Positions 22,309 through 31,908 of a DNA stretch of 64,000 nucleotides are shown here, in pieces; positions within the stretch are counted from its first letter, which is position 1, and every line of letters begins with the position of its first letter. The notes under the pieces are model-generated. The model searched no databases and was not told the DNA's origin. It was given only the letters and a program-made list of their open reading frames with translations. Made by a program: the position numbers and the translations under genes. The stretch is from a bacterium (GTDB lineage Bacteria; Zhuqueibacterota; Zhuqueibacteria; Residuimicrobiales; Krinioviventaceae), in contig OY843751.1 in NCBI GenBank assembly GCA_963693055.1, positions 704,001 to 768,000 of the forward strand, given 5' to 3'.

Positions 22309-22928
22309 TTAATAATTAATATTTGAATCTATTAAATTTAATTCATAACGGAGTTTATGATTTCCATTAATAACAAATTTAAATTCTGACATTCCTATCT
22401 CTTTTTTGTAAATTACTGATCCATAATTTGTTTTATATTTTAATGTATCAGAGTTGCTTGTATAATACCTTTTGTCTAATGTAAATACAGTATTATCTGA
22501 ATATCCTGTTGAAGGTAAAAGATGAATGTCAAAACTTAATGTAGAATCAGACAGCTGCTCTCTGATTGTAAAGGTTGTGGTGTCGGTATAGTTGTAAATT
22601 GTATCTGGTGAGTAAAACGTATTGAAATTATCTGCCCCAATATAAGTGTCATTAAAAATACCTTAAAATAAAAAATGTCGAATGAATCTGTACGTGTTGA
22701 ATCCATGATTTCCCATGTTAGCTTGCCCTCATATGTAAAACGATAGTCCATTGCGTAACTGTTATGACCGTAATATTCAAAGCTCCACATGTTATGTAAA
22801 GCAAGGGGAAAGAAATCATCCTTGTTCACAATTACCGGGTCATCATTGATTTCAGGCTAAATAGTGTTATTACTGCAAAAGCATAAAATTATTGTAATAC
22901 AGAAAATAATTCCAATTAGTTTCTTCAT
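22309..22928 (-). pseudogene. Decayed lipoprotein gene (nonsense codon plus frameshift)
   Basis: MKKLIGIIFCITIILCFCSNNTI-TAG-PEINDD..FFPLALHNMWSF, then a frameshift near 22660 continuing to ..YKKEIGM..YELNLIDSNINY*. Confidence 0.8.
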
Positions 22929-23034
22929 ATTTAGCTTTCAGGTGTTTCCCCCGGCGGCCCCCCTGCAAGCCGCCGGAGTATTTTAGTATTTAATCAAGAT
23001 AAAGCGAATCTTTTTCGTTATATTTTGATTAAAA

Positions 23035-25116
23035 TTATTTCACAAAACTCATTTTTTTGCTCAAAGTAAAGCGTTGTCCAAAGACATTTGTGAACTCGAT
23101 CTGGTAAAGGTATATACCTGCGGCTACCAGATGTCCGTTCAGATCGGTACCGTTCCATGCCAGAGAATGCGTGCCTGCCTGTTGGGTATTGTTGTATAAT
23201 ACATTCACCAGCCGTCCGGTGATATCATAAATTTTAATGGTCACATGTCCCGAAGACGGGATGCTGTAACTGATGGTTGTTGATGGATTGAAAGGATTTG
23301 GATAATTCTGGTTTAATACAAATTCTTCCGGTACGATGATATCCTTGTCAATATCTGTGCTCGGATCAGAGTAGAATGCGGTATAAGGCGTAAGGATTTG
23401 GAATTTTAACGATAATTCAATAACCTGGTCTACCAGTTCATCCAGTTCACCATAGATTGCGATCTGGTCCAGCAGATAATCAATTTTTGCTTTAGCCCAT
23501 AAACGGGGGATAAAGCGGTGTCCGCCCGGTTGGCGGCTGAATCCTGCATCGGACATGAAGCTTTTCTGCTGGCCGCTAACTTCTCCCGTGAGGTACACTT
23601 TGAAATTACCTTCATTGGTATAAATACCCATCTGCATGACCTGGTTGCCCCAGAACAAGTCGGGCAGGGGACGCGGATACTTGTCGGATGTACTCAATCC
23701 TTCTATCTTGATATCCAGGTCAGTCAATACCGGTTTGGATATACGTTGAAAATGATTGCTGATGGTTGTATAGATATCGTCATCCTCTGTAATAAATTCT
23801 GCGTAACCACCGTTTTCAACCGCCATCTGAACCAAAAGCTGCTCGCTTACATCATCACCTACGCCAAAAGAGAAAATACGCACATCCTGTGTATTGTACT
23901 CGGCGACATTGGCAAGAATATTGGGAACGAATGTTTCTCCCCAGGTGGGATATCCATCTGTAAGGAAAACCAGCATATTTGAGAAATCACTGGAAAAAGA
24001 TTGGTTTAACGAAACCTGCATGGCTTCGTCGATATTTGTCAGCCCCAATGCACCAATATTGGTAACAAATGCCTGGGCTTCGTTGATCTTGTCCGGCGTT
24101 GCGTAAACCAGATTGCTCTTGAACAGCTGCACCGTGGTGCCAAAGGTGATAATGTTAAACTGATCATCCTGCTGCAGATTGTCTAAAAATGCCATTAAAG
24201 ATTCTTTTAGCTGAATGATGCGTGTGCCCTCCATACTGGAGGAGACATCCGCAGTGAATACGATCTTTTTGGGTATATCTTCCTCGTCCGAAATTTCGTC
24301 CGGCGGGGTGATCCAGGTTGCATAATACGAGTCATCTCCTATAGAGTCATCTTCTGTGGGTGTATATGTAAGGACGTTTACTTGTACCTGCTCGCGGATG
24401 GTTTCAAACTGGACTGTCAGATCTTGAGTTGGAACAAAATTTTCGTCACCAAAAATTAAATTGTATTTGTTTTCACTTTCTTTGGTGATATTCAGTGCGG
24501 TTGAAGAGTCCATTCCCGGTGTATCTACGGATTTGATATTGTTTTCTGTTACAATGGCACCGGTCACGGAAACCCGTTCAAGCGGTTTGGGTGATATTTC
24601 TGTGGCATTGAGCAGAAATGTATAATCAATGGTACCAAATTCATACGGCAAAAGTTCAACATAGGTGATTTTTACGCGTACATCCGAAGCACCAAAAATG
24701 GGAGCTATGCTGAGTCGATATAAATTGTCGCCCAGGTATTCAAGCAGTGCGGGATCAAGATATTGCCTGATTTTTTCATTGTATTCCTGCTTGGCTTCTT
24801 CACGTTCTTTGATAGCACCTTCGTACCATTTGTCATTAAACCAATAAAACAGCTCGGTTACCACTGCATTGTCCGGTAAAGGGAAAATACAAACGGCTTC
24901 AACTGTTTGATTGAGCTCATTTCTAAACACCTGGTCAATATAAGTGACTGCTATCTGGCCTTCAATTTCCACAGTTGCGTCTACGCTTTTGATCCAGACC
25001 TTGTCGTACTCGGTATTACTGCCAAGAGGACGACTAAACAGGGCGCCAAGTGCAAAGACAGATTGCGCGCATGCAAAAACCATCAAAAATATAATTAATG
25101 TCTTTTTTGCGTTCAT
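23035..25116 (-). CDS. Secreted VIT + vWA (inter-alpha-trypsin inhibitor-like) protein with C-terminal sorting domain
   Basis: Signal peptide; VIT 'QVFRN....VEA...FPLP'; MIDAS DVSSS..T..TDG; 'LWAKAKI'; 'NYPNPFNP' CTD. Confidence 0.92.
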   Translation of the reverse strand: MNAKKTLIIFLMVFACAQSVFALGALFSRPLGSNTEYDKVWIKSVDATVEIEGQIAVTYIDQVFRNELNQTVEAVCIFPLPDNAVVTELFYWFNDKWYEGAIKEREEAKQEYNEKIRQYLDPALLEYLGDNLYRLSIAPIFGASDVRVKITYVELLPYEFGTIDYTFLLNATEISPKPLERVSVTGAIVTENNIKSVDTPGMDSSTALNITKESENKYNLIFGDENFVPTQDLTVQFETIREQVQVNVLTYTPTEDDSIGDDSYYATWITPPDEISDEEDIPKKIVFTADVSSSMEGTRIIQLKESLMAFLDNLQQDDQFNIITFGTTVQLFKSNLVYATPDKINEAQAFVTNIGALGLTNIDEAMQVSLNQSFSSDFSNMLVFLTDGYPTWGETFVPNILANVAEYNTQDVRIFSFGVGDDVSEQLLVQMAVENGGYAEFITEDDDIYTTISNHFQRISKPVLTDLDIKIEGLSTSDKYPRPLPDLFWGNQVMQMGIYTNEGNFKVYLTGEVSGQQKSFMSDAGFSRQPGGHRFIPRLWAKAKIDYLLDQIAIYGELDELVDQVIELSLKFQILTPYTAFYSDPSTDIDKDIIVPEEFVLNQNYPNPFNPSTTISYSIPSSGHVTIKIYDITGRLVNVLYNNTQQAGTHSLAWNGTDLNGHLVAAGIYLYQIEFTNVFGQRFTLSKKMSFVK

Positions 25117-25127
25117 GATTTTTCCCT

Positions 25128-27158
25128 TTATTTTAAGAGTGTGATTTTTGTTGAGCTAATATGATCACCAATTTGTAAAAATACGATATATGTACCACTG
25201 GGTAAAGCGTTGCCCAAAAAGTCTATTCCATTAAACTGGATTTCATGCATTCCCGGTTCAAGGTGAGAAATATCAATTACAGTTACCAATTGACCCAATG
25301 CATTGAATATTTTGATCATTTTGTTTTTTTCAAACCGCACTTGAGGCGACAGATAAAACCGGATTGTAGTAGATGGATTAAACGGGTTTGGGTAATTCCC
25401 AACTAAATATGATTCCGGTACCTGCACACTACCGGTTGACAATTTGTCAACCGAGGTTGCCGGGGTTTCATAATCCGCGATATATGCCGTATATCTGCAT
25501 CTGATATTATAAGCCAAGCTGATTCCAATTAATTCCTCTTTGAGACCAGCGGCTTCACCGTATATTTCAATTTCCTGCTCAAGCACATCTATTTTTTCTT
25601 TAGCCCATATGCGTTCTGTGATTTTGAGGGAATCTGTATTGCTGCTAAAATCCAACTGTTTGTTAATGGATTGCGTTCCATCCGGAGATTTGCCAGCCAT
25701 AGCAAACGCATAACTTCCGGGAGTTGAATAGCGGCCTGTCATAAAAAAGCTGGTACCTGAATAGGTGGTAGGAAGCTTTTCGGGTAATACATCATAAAGC
25801 TCCAGCTTGCCAAATTCAAAGGCTACATCTTTTAAAATGGGCCTGCTTATTTTATCAAATACACGTGTCATACCATCGTATAAATTCTCATCCTGGTTGA
25901 AATAAGTCACAAAGCCATAATTCAAGGCTGCAAGCATTTCCAAACGCTCATAACTGATTTTATCGCCAACCCCAATAGGGAAAATACCCGTATCAAAAGT
26001 ATTATAGCTTTCAATCTGTTTTGGGTCAATTGTAGAATATCCATTTGTGAATGTCAGTATTGCATTGCTGTACGTATCATCCTCAATTTGTAATAGCGCA
26101 TTGTGTAAACCGCCGCCCAAGTTTGTACCGGATTGGGTAAACACCCCTTCAAGGTACGTTTTTGCGCCTTGTTTATAGGCATCTGTCGCCGGCACCGGAC
26201 CGGCCTGCCAGCTTGATGTACTATAATTAGATAGTAAAATATTAAAATAATCTGTTTCTTGCAACAATTCTATCATGTGAGAAATGGATTTTATACTTTG
26301 GTCTAAAACATAGCCTGCCATATTGCTGGAATTGTCCAGCAAAAAGATTATTCGTTTGGGGTAAATGTTGTTATAATCTCTAATCGCTTTGGGGCGTACA
26401 AACAAGGCAAAATGTCCATCCATGCTGTCGTTTGCAACAGAGTAAAAATCGATATCTGTTTCGCTGCTAATCGTATTGTACCAGAATTCCAAATCTCGAT
26501 CAAGATAGTTTTTGGGCCAGATCATTTCAACTGTCATTTGGTTATCATTTTGGTTTATGATAGTATAATCCGAGTGCGATGTGCAGTCAAAACCAGTAAT
26601 GGGTGAGTTACTGTTAATATTAATAGTGAATTGCAAATGCTCAACCGGTAATTGAATAAAATTACTGGTATCGAGAGGATATTTAAAGCTGGTTTTGCCT
26701 TGGTAATAATCACAATGTTGAATGTATGTTAAACGGACCTTTTGTATTTCTCCTGCATTAATATTTCTCAATGAGATCTTTATGCCGTTACGTCCAATAT
26801 ACTCATTAACCTCGGCAATGATTCCGCCTTCACCCGTACCGGGATTCACAGCCTGTTCTTTTACTTTAAGTACCGCTTTGTAAATAGTGTCACCCTGCCA
26901 ATATAGAAATTCTGTAGCCCGTGCGTTGGGAGGCAATGGAAAGGAATAGACCGCATCTGTTTTTTCATTGCTTTCGTTCAAGAATTCTTGATAGACAACT
27001 GTTTCAGCCATCAGACTGTTGATATTTATTGTTACTCGCGTCATGCGGTTCATCATAAAATCTTTGGGATAATTTTCATTCGTGGGTACCATCAAGCCAT
27101 CTGCCAGAGCGAATGAAAAGCCAACCAATACCAAAAATGTGATCATCAAGTTTTTCAT
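25128..27158 (-). CDS. Second secreted VIT + vWA paralogue with C-terminal sorting domain
   Basis: Signal peptide; VIT 'QEFLN....DAVYSFPLP'; degenerate MIDAS DNSSN/TNG; 'NYPNPFNP' CTD; AAGGAG RBS. Confidence 0.9.
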   Translation of the reverse strand: MKNLMITFLVLVGFSFALADGLMVPTNENYPKDFMMNRMTRVTININSLMAETVVYQEFLNESNEKTDAVYSFPLPPNARATEFLYWQGDTIYKAVLKVKEQAVNPGTGEGGIIAEVNEYIGRNGIKISLRNINAGEIQKVRLTYIQHCDYYQGKTSFKYPLDTSNFIQLPVEHLQFTININSNSPITGFDCTSHSDYTIINQNDNQMTVEMIWPKNYLDRDLEFWYNTISSETDIDFYSVANDSMDGHFALFVRPKAIRDYNNIYPKRIIFLLDNSSNMAGYVLDQSIKSISHMIELLQETDYFNILLSNYSTSSWQAGPVPATDAYKQGAKTYLEGVFTQSGTNLGGGLHNALLQIEDDTYSNAILTFTNGYSTIDPKQIESYNTFDTGIFPIGVGDKISYERLEMLAALNYGFVTYFNQDENLYDGMTRVFDKISRPILKDVAFEFGKLELYDVLPEKLPTTYSGTSFFMTGRYSTPGSYAFAMAGKSPDGTQSINKQLDFSSNTDSLKITERIWAKEKIDVLEQEIEIYGEAAGLKEELIGISLAYNIRCRYTAYIADYETPATSVDKLSTGSVQVPESYLVGNYPNPFNPSTTIRFYLSPQVRFEKNKMIKIFNALGQLVTVIDISHLEPGMHEIQFNGIDFLGNALPSGTYIVFLQIGDHISSTKITLLK

Positions 27159-27171
27159 ATTACGCTCCTTT

Positions 27172-29493
27172 TTACTTGAGGTACAAAATTTTACTAATTT
27201 CATGTTTCATTTCGCCATTGTTCTGACGATGGCTCAATCTGACAATATACATGCCGCCACTCACCGGTATGCCCTGATCGTTAGTAGCGTTCCATATCAA
27301 CCGGTTTGCAGTTTGGTTCGAGAGATCAAAGTGCCTGATCCGTTGACCCAGCACATTATAGATATCAACCCGGGCATCTTTAGAATTCTGTAATTGTATG
27401 TCCAGTGTGATTTCCGGATTAAAGGGATTGGGATAACAGGCCATGGCTTCTGGCTTGCTTTCATAATCCGGCAAATAATATTCTGCGGTGGCTTCTCCGC
27501 CCAGTCCCGCGTAGTGGATTTTAAGACGAAGCTGGGTAGAGGGTGCAGTATTGTATTTACTCTTGAAAGAGATTAAATATTTATGTTGTGATCTCATGCG
27601 TGAAACATTAAGAAGAATATCTCTAAAATTACCCCGAATGTCATAAAAATTTCCACCGGTTGCATTGACAATGGGATCATAACTGGATGATTTATAGACT
27701 GTTGATGCAATTGCATGTACTGTAATGTTATTGAGTAATAGATTGTTAATTACCTGATTTCTGTCCAGTGATGTAACATTATCACTTTCATGATATGTTT
27801 CATCAGTTATCCAAATAATCATTCTTTTGGAATCATTCCTGAATGAAAATTGTGAAGCGTTCATTAATGCGTCGAGGGAATTCTCTGGACTGTCACCGCC
27901 ACCATGAGCGCGTTGTTCGTTAATCCATGATTTGAATTGATTAATATCGCTGGTAAAGGGATAGGTGTTTTCAATTACGTCCAGAAATGTCACCATTCCC
28001 AACTGATAATCAATACCCCTCTCTAAAAGGCTGTCTGCAAATTCTATGATATTATTTTTCACACCGGCAATTTCATCGCCCATGCTTCCGGTTACATCAA
28101 GAACAAATATAATATCAGCAGCGTTAACTCCACCGGTAGTATCTTTCAGCAAGCTGATTTGTTCTATACGTTGATCGTTTTCATATAAAAATACATTTTC
28201 AGGACGAAGATTGAGCAGCTTTTGCCCGGTTTCTTCTATTTGACCTGAAAATACTATTTGCAAGTCCGGATAGTTGTTGGTTATGAGTGAATCTATGGAT
28301 ATATCCAAACCAGTATCGGAAACGGGAGTAGCGGGTATTTTAACATACCTTGAAAGGCTGTCGAGTACTGTGCCGCCTTCACTTGCAATAAGTCTGATCT
28401 TGACGATCTTTTCTTCATATATCTCCCGTGTATGGAGTGCAAGTGACATAAATGAACGTTCACCCGCAAGTGTGGTTTGATAGCTTTCATTATTGCCATA
28501 TATTTCATAGGGATTATCGAGCAGGATGTTGATGTTGGGTGCGGTAATATATTGATTGGTGTTCAATAATTCTACCGTGCTGGTGAAATCCTGCGGAAAC
28601 ATGACATTGTTACTCAGGATAAAATGATTGGGGCAATCCCAGCGTAAAAATACGGAAGACCCAAAATCAGGGGGAAGCAATTCCAGGTATGCGGTTTGGG
28701 TTAATGTATCTCCGCTGATTAATGTTTTATCTTGCCAAAGAATTTCCAAAGCAGCATCATAAAGTACCTGTTCATAAATTTCCGCGTAGGGATTTTCAAA
28801 TATGCGTTCCCAATTGACGGTATTTACCGTTGCATTAGGATCGTCAAGGTGCAAGCCCATTCGCATACCTCTTACTGGGCCATTATGCTCGGATATTTCA
28901 AAAAATTGTCCGGCTATGCTGCCCAACTCGTTGGTCTTGTCTTTAATATATCCATCTCCATAGCGCGAGAGTGCAGGATCAATAACCAATCCACCCCCAA
29001 GCTCATGACTTTCGGTATCATGATTTATGTAGGTCAGGTTGAATTGTGTGGTAATACCATCATTATGTGCGACCATTTCAAAGAGTATTTCAATATTGCT
29101 TTCATTAATAAAGTTAATAAATAGCGAGCTATCGGTTTTTGAAGGGGATAAATCCCTTGTTGTAGGATAAAGCTCATCCATGCGTCCCTGAGATTGGTCT
29201 ATGCTGAGTAAAGGAAAGGATGTCATGGCATAGGGATGTCCAAAAGTGAGGGTTTGTTTGTCGTCAAAAGATGTTTCCTCAAAACCCTCATGGGTTCCAA
29301 TAGTGAAATAGCCGCCGCTGAGCATGCTTATCTCGGTAAACTTTTTTAAAAGATCAAGCTTACCATAAGATTCGATTTTATTGTTTGTGGTTGAGCTTTT
29401 AGCAAGTTGAGGGATTATATCATAATCCGCTTTGTTCAATGCAAATACCTGGCAAGCCAACAATATGAATACAAACGTTAACCCTTTTTTCAT
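27172..29493 (-). CDS. Secreted vWA-domain protein with C-terminal sorting domain
   Basis: Signal peptide; 'DIIFVLDVTGSM', 'GGGDSPE', 'ITDE'; 'YPNPFNP' CTD; GGAGGAG RBS. Confidence 0.9.
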   Translation of the reverse strand: MKKGLTFVFILLACQVFALNKADYDIIPQLAKSSTTNNKIESYGKLDLLKKFTEISMLSGGYFTIGTHEGFEETSFDDKQTLTFGHPYAMTSFPLLSIDQSQGRMDELYPTTRDLSPSKTDSSLFINFINESNIEILFEMVAHNDGITTQFNLTYINHDTESHELGGGLVIDPALSRYGDGYIKDKTNELGSIAGQFFEISEHNGPVRGMRMGLHLDDPNATVNTVNWERIFENPYAEIYEQVLYDAALEILWQDKTLISGDTLTQTAYLELLPPDFGSSVFLRWDCPNHFILSNNVMFPQDFTSTVELLNTNQYITAPNINILLDNPYEIYGNNESYQTTLAGERSFMSLALHTREIYEEKIVKIRLIASEGGTVLDSLSRYVKIPATPVSDTGLDISIDSLITNNYPDLQIVFSGQIEETGQKLLNLRPENVFLYENDQRIEQISLLKDTTGGVNAADIIFVLDVTGSMGDEIAGVKNNIIEFADSLLERGIDYQLGMVTFLDVIENTYPFTSDINQFKSWINEQRAHGGGDSPENSLDALMNASQFSFRNDSKRMIIWITDETYHESDNVTSLDRNQVINNLLLNNITVHAIASTVYKSSSYDPIVNATGGNFYDIRGNFRDILLNVSRMRSQHKYLISFKSKYNTAPSTQLRLKIHYAGLGGEATAEYYLPDYESKPEAMACYPNPFNPEITLDIQLQNSKDARVDIYNVLGQRIRHFDLSNQTANRLIWNATNDQGIPVSGGMYIVRLSHRQNNGEMKHEISKILYLK

Positions 29494-29541
29494 GTTTCTC
29501 CTCCACGTTGGTTTTCCCCTAATATATTATTACCTGACTCC

Positions 29542-29557
29542 TTCAACAACAATGCCA
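29542..29557 (-). promoter_or_regulatory. Sigma54 -24/-12 promoter
   Basis: Minus strand TGGCAT-TGTTG-TTGAA, canonical spacing with a GA variant at -12; about 50 bp before the vWA gene. Confidence 0.75.
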
Positions 29558-29569
29558 CAGTAACTTGAA

Positions 29570-29582
29570 TATCAAATGTTTA
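29570..29582 (+). promoter_or_regulatory. IHF-type binding site
   Basis: TATCAA-ATGT-TTA is an exact WATCAANNNNTTR match, directly upstream of the -24 box. Confidence 0.65.
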
Positions 29583-29690
29583 ACAGAGTTGTGCTGTATT
29601 GTAATCTCTTGTTTTTATTGAGTTTGGTTTTACTGTCTTGCCCCCAACAGGCCGCCCGGTCAAGCTGTTTTTTGATTATAGATTATTTGG

Positions 29691-29705
29691 TGCGAAAAAT
29701 TTGCA
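29691..29705. promoter_or_regulatory. Putative upstream activating sequence for the sigma54 activator
   Basis: Imperfect palindrome TGCGAAAAATTTGCA about 140 bp upstream of -24. Confidence 0.5.
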
Positions 29706-29729
29706 TAGTTGTTTATTTTTTTCAGAGTG

Positions 29730-30563
29730 TTACCATTTGTAGCTTAAAGTGATTTGAGAATTTCCCTCTGGGCTGATTTCTGGTAAAAGACTAAAGTTCT
29801 GGTTGGGTTTTGAAAAATCCGTAAACCATAGTAAATCAGATTGTGTATACAACCAGCATGCTGCGTACACAGATATGAGAATATTTCGGTTTTTGTAGGC
29901 CGAGTTGTAGGTATTGTATTGATCCTGAATAAGATCCGGATTTGTTTCTGAAATATAGTCTTTGCGTGCTTTGCTGCAATCCTGTATAGAGAAAACTGCT
30001 GCTGAAAATGTCAGAGCGTTAGCTCCTAAAAGCAGCCACCCCTTTTTCTTTTGACCATTATGAATGTGCCCCCAACCCGGTAAAATCAGCGATCTTTTGA
30101 GGCAGCTGGTTATCTGGCTTGAATTGTTGATCCATTTAACCAGGGTATCGGTTTTAGTTATGGTTTGTATTGTGGTTTTGACAGGTTCTGGCTCTTTTTC
30201 CTGTTCCTGTATTTGCATATTTTTAATTTCATTAAAAAAGGTTATAATTTTGGGTGAAATTGTTTTGGGGTCGAGCGTAAATTCAGGATCGATTAAAAGA
30301 ATAGATTTAAAATCTTTCAAGGCCTGATCCATATGCATTAATGCGTAATGAGATTGCGCGCGTAACTGATACACTGCTATGATCTGTTCCTGAGATAACT
30401 TGTCTTTATGGCGAAGTAACTGGTCTGAATTCTCAATGGCCTTTGCATATTCAAAAGATTTGAAATTTTGTTGAATGATATCAATTTTTGCATTGCCATT
30501 TTGACCAGAGGCAATTGATAAATAAATGAATAGTATGATAAAAACCCCTTTAAAAATCCTCAT
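29730..30563 (-). CDS. Exported TPR protein with C-terminal membrane-associated (DUF5683-like) region
   Basis: Signal peptide, TPR-like helices ending 'LDPKTISPKI', 'SLILPGWGH', hydrophobic helices; ATGA-coupled to the Kelch gene. Confidence 0.75.
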   Translation of the reverse strand: MRIFKGVFIILFIYLSIASGQNGNAKIDIIQQNFKSFEYAKAIENSDQLLRHKDKLSQEQIIAVYQLRAQSHYALMHMDQALKDFKSILLIDPEFTLDPKTISPKIITFFNEIKNMQIQEQEKEPEPVKTTIQTITKTDTLVKWINNSSQITSCLKRSLILPGWGHIHNGQKKKGWLLLGANALTFSAAVFSIQDCSKARKDYISETNPDLIQDQYNTYNSAYKNRNILISVYAACWLYTQSDLLWFTDFSKPNQNFSLLPEISPEGNSQITLSYKW

Positions 30564-31855
30564 TTTATCAACACCATTTTTTTTATTTCTGTGCCATATT
30601 CTGTAATCAATTGGTAAAAGTATACATCACTGCTGACAGGTGCATTATTGTCGTCTGTACCGTCCCAGGTTATTTGATGATATCCTGTCCCCAAGTTACT
30701 GCTTATCAGCGTTTTTACCAACATGCCGCGTGTATTGTATACTAACAGACGGGTATTTTGAGGTTTTGCGAGTTCAAAAGATATCAATGTATTGCTATTA
30801 AACGGATTGGGAAAGTTGTTATTCAGAACCATGCTCGAGACGGATTTAGATTCATCATCAATTTGGGTGGTATTTCCATCCAGATTCAGTTTTTCAATAA
30901 AGGGAACAGCCTTGTCTTCACTGTTCAGTCCACCAAAGACATAGATCGTATTGTCGAAATTGACGGCCATACATTCTTTTCTGGCATAGTTTAAAACAGA
31001 ACTCTTTTCTGAAGCGTAACCAAATTGAGTTAAGGAATACACTTCTACAGTGTCCATTGCAGTTAATGTTTCGTTAAATCCACCAATCAGATAGATGCTT
31101 TGATCGAGGCCGGTAACAGCTGCGCCACCTGCTCTTGCGTCTGCCATGTCAGGATAAATTCGTTCATAGCTTTCTTCTAGCAGATTAAATTTGTACACTC
31201 TTTTCGTAGGTACGAAAAAAACGCCACCAAAAATAAACATATCCTGATTGATTATTGCGACCATTTGGTGATAAGGAGTCTGCGCGTCAATATTGCTATA
31301 TGCAAAAGAAAGGGGGGATGTGCTTTTGCTTGCCAGGTTATATTTTACAACATAGGGAATGGGATTGTCAGTTTCAACTTTTCCCGGATATCCGCCCAAT
31401 ATGTATAAAATATCTCCATAAACCGCACCTGCTGAATTTACCCTGTTTGTAGTATCATCAAAGCTGATCCGGGACGAGGTATAGTCGGAATATTGAATTT
31501 TTTCAAAATTTTCGATCTTTGCCGTGTCTCCTGCAGTACCCCCAAATGCAATAATATCATTGTGATAGGTATCCGCGACAAATCCTGAGCGAGGGAATTC
31601 CAGGTGTCCTGTAATAGTCCATGATTCATCAACAGGATTGTAAACCTGTATTGTATCTGTGGGGAGTCCGGTGGTAGCCGAGTTGCCGCCCAAAATCACA
31701 ATTTTGGAATCAATAATCAGGGCCTGGCCATTATAAACCGGAAATGGCATTTCACCCTCAACGATCCAACCGTTTGTATTGGATGCTGCCGGGTTTGCCA
31801 CAACTGCTATCATTAGCAGCAAGAGTTTTAAAATTGTTCTAGTATATCGTTTCAT
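30560..31855 (-). CDS. Secreted Kelch beta-propeller protein with C-terminal sorting domain
   Basis: Six GG-containing Kelch repeats (ILGG, AFGG, ILGG, IFGG, LIGG, VFGG); 'NFPNPFN' CTD. Confidence 0.9.
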   Translation of the reverse strand: MKRYTRTILKLLLLMIAVVANPAASNTNGWIVEGEMPFPVYNGQALIIDSKIVILGGNSATTGLPTDTIQVYNPVDESWTITGHLEFPRSGFVADTYHNDIIAFGGTAGDTAKIENFEKIQYSDYTSSRISFDDTTNRVNSAGAVYGDILYILGGYPGKVETDNPIPYVVKYNLASKSTSPLSFAYSNIDAQTPYHQMVAIINQDMFIFGGVFFVPTKRVYKFNLLEESYERIYPDMADARAGGAAVTGLDQSIYLIGGFNETLTAMDTVEVYSLTQFGYASEKSSVLNYARKECMAVNFDNTIYVFGGLNSEDKAVPFIEKLNLDGNTTQIDDESKSVSSMVLNNNFPNPFNSNTLISFELAKPQNTRLLVYNTRGMLVKTLISSNLGTGYHQITWDGTDDNNAPVSSDVYFYQLITEYGTEIKKMVLIK

Positions 31856-31908
31856 AACACCATTAACTTTTATATCAACTCGTACAAAAACTATACCGCA
31901 ATTGCGTT

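Noticed and set aside
22857-22859. In-frame TAG as pyrrolysine or recoded stop
   Set aside because: The same gene has a frameshift, and TAG ends other genes here (e.g. sufS); decay is simpler
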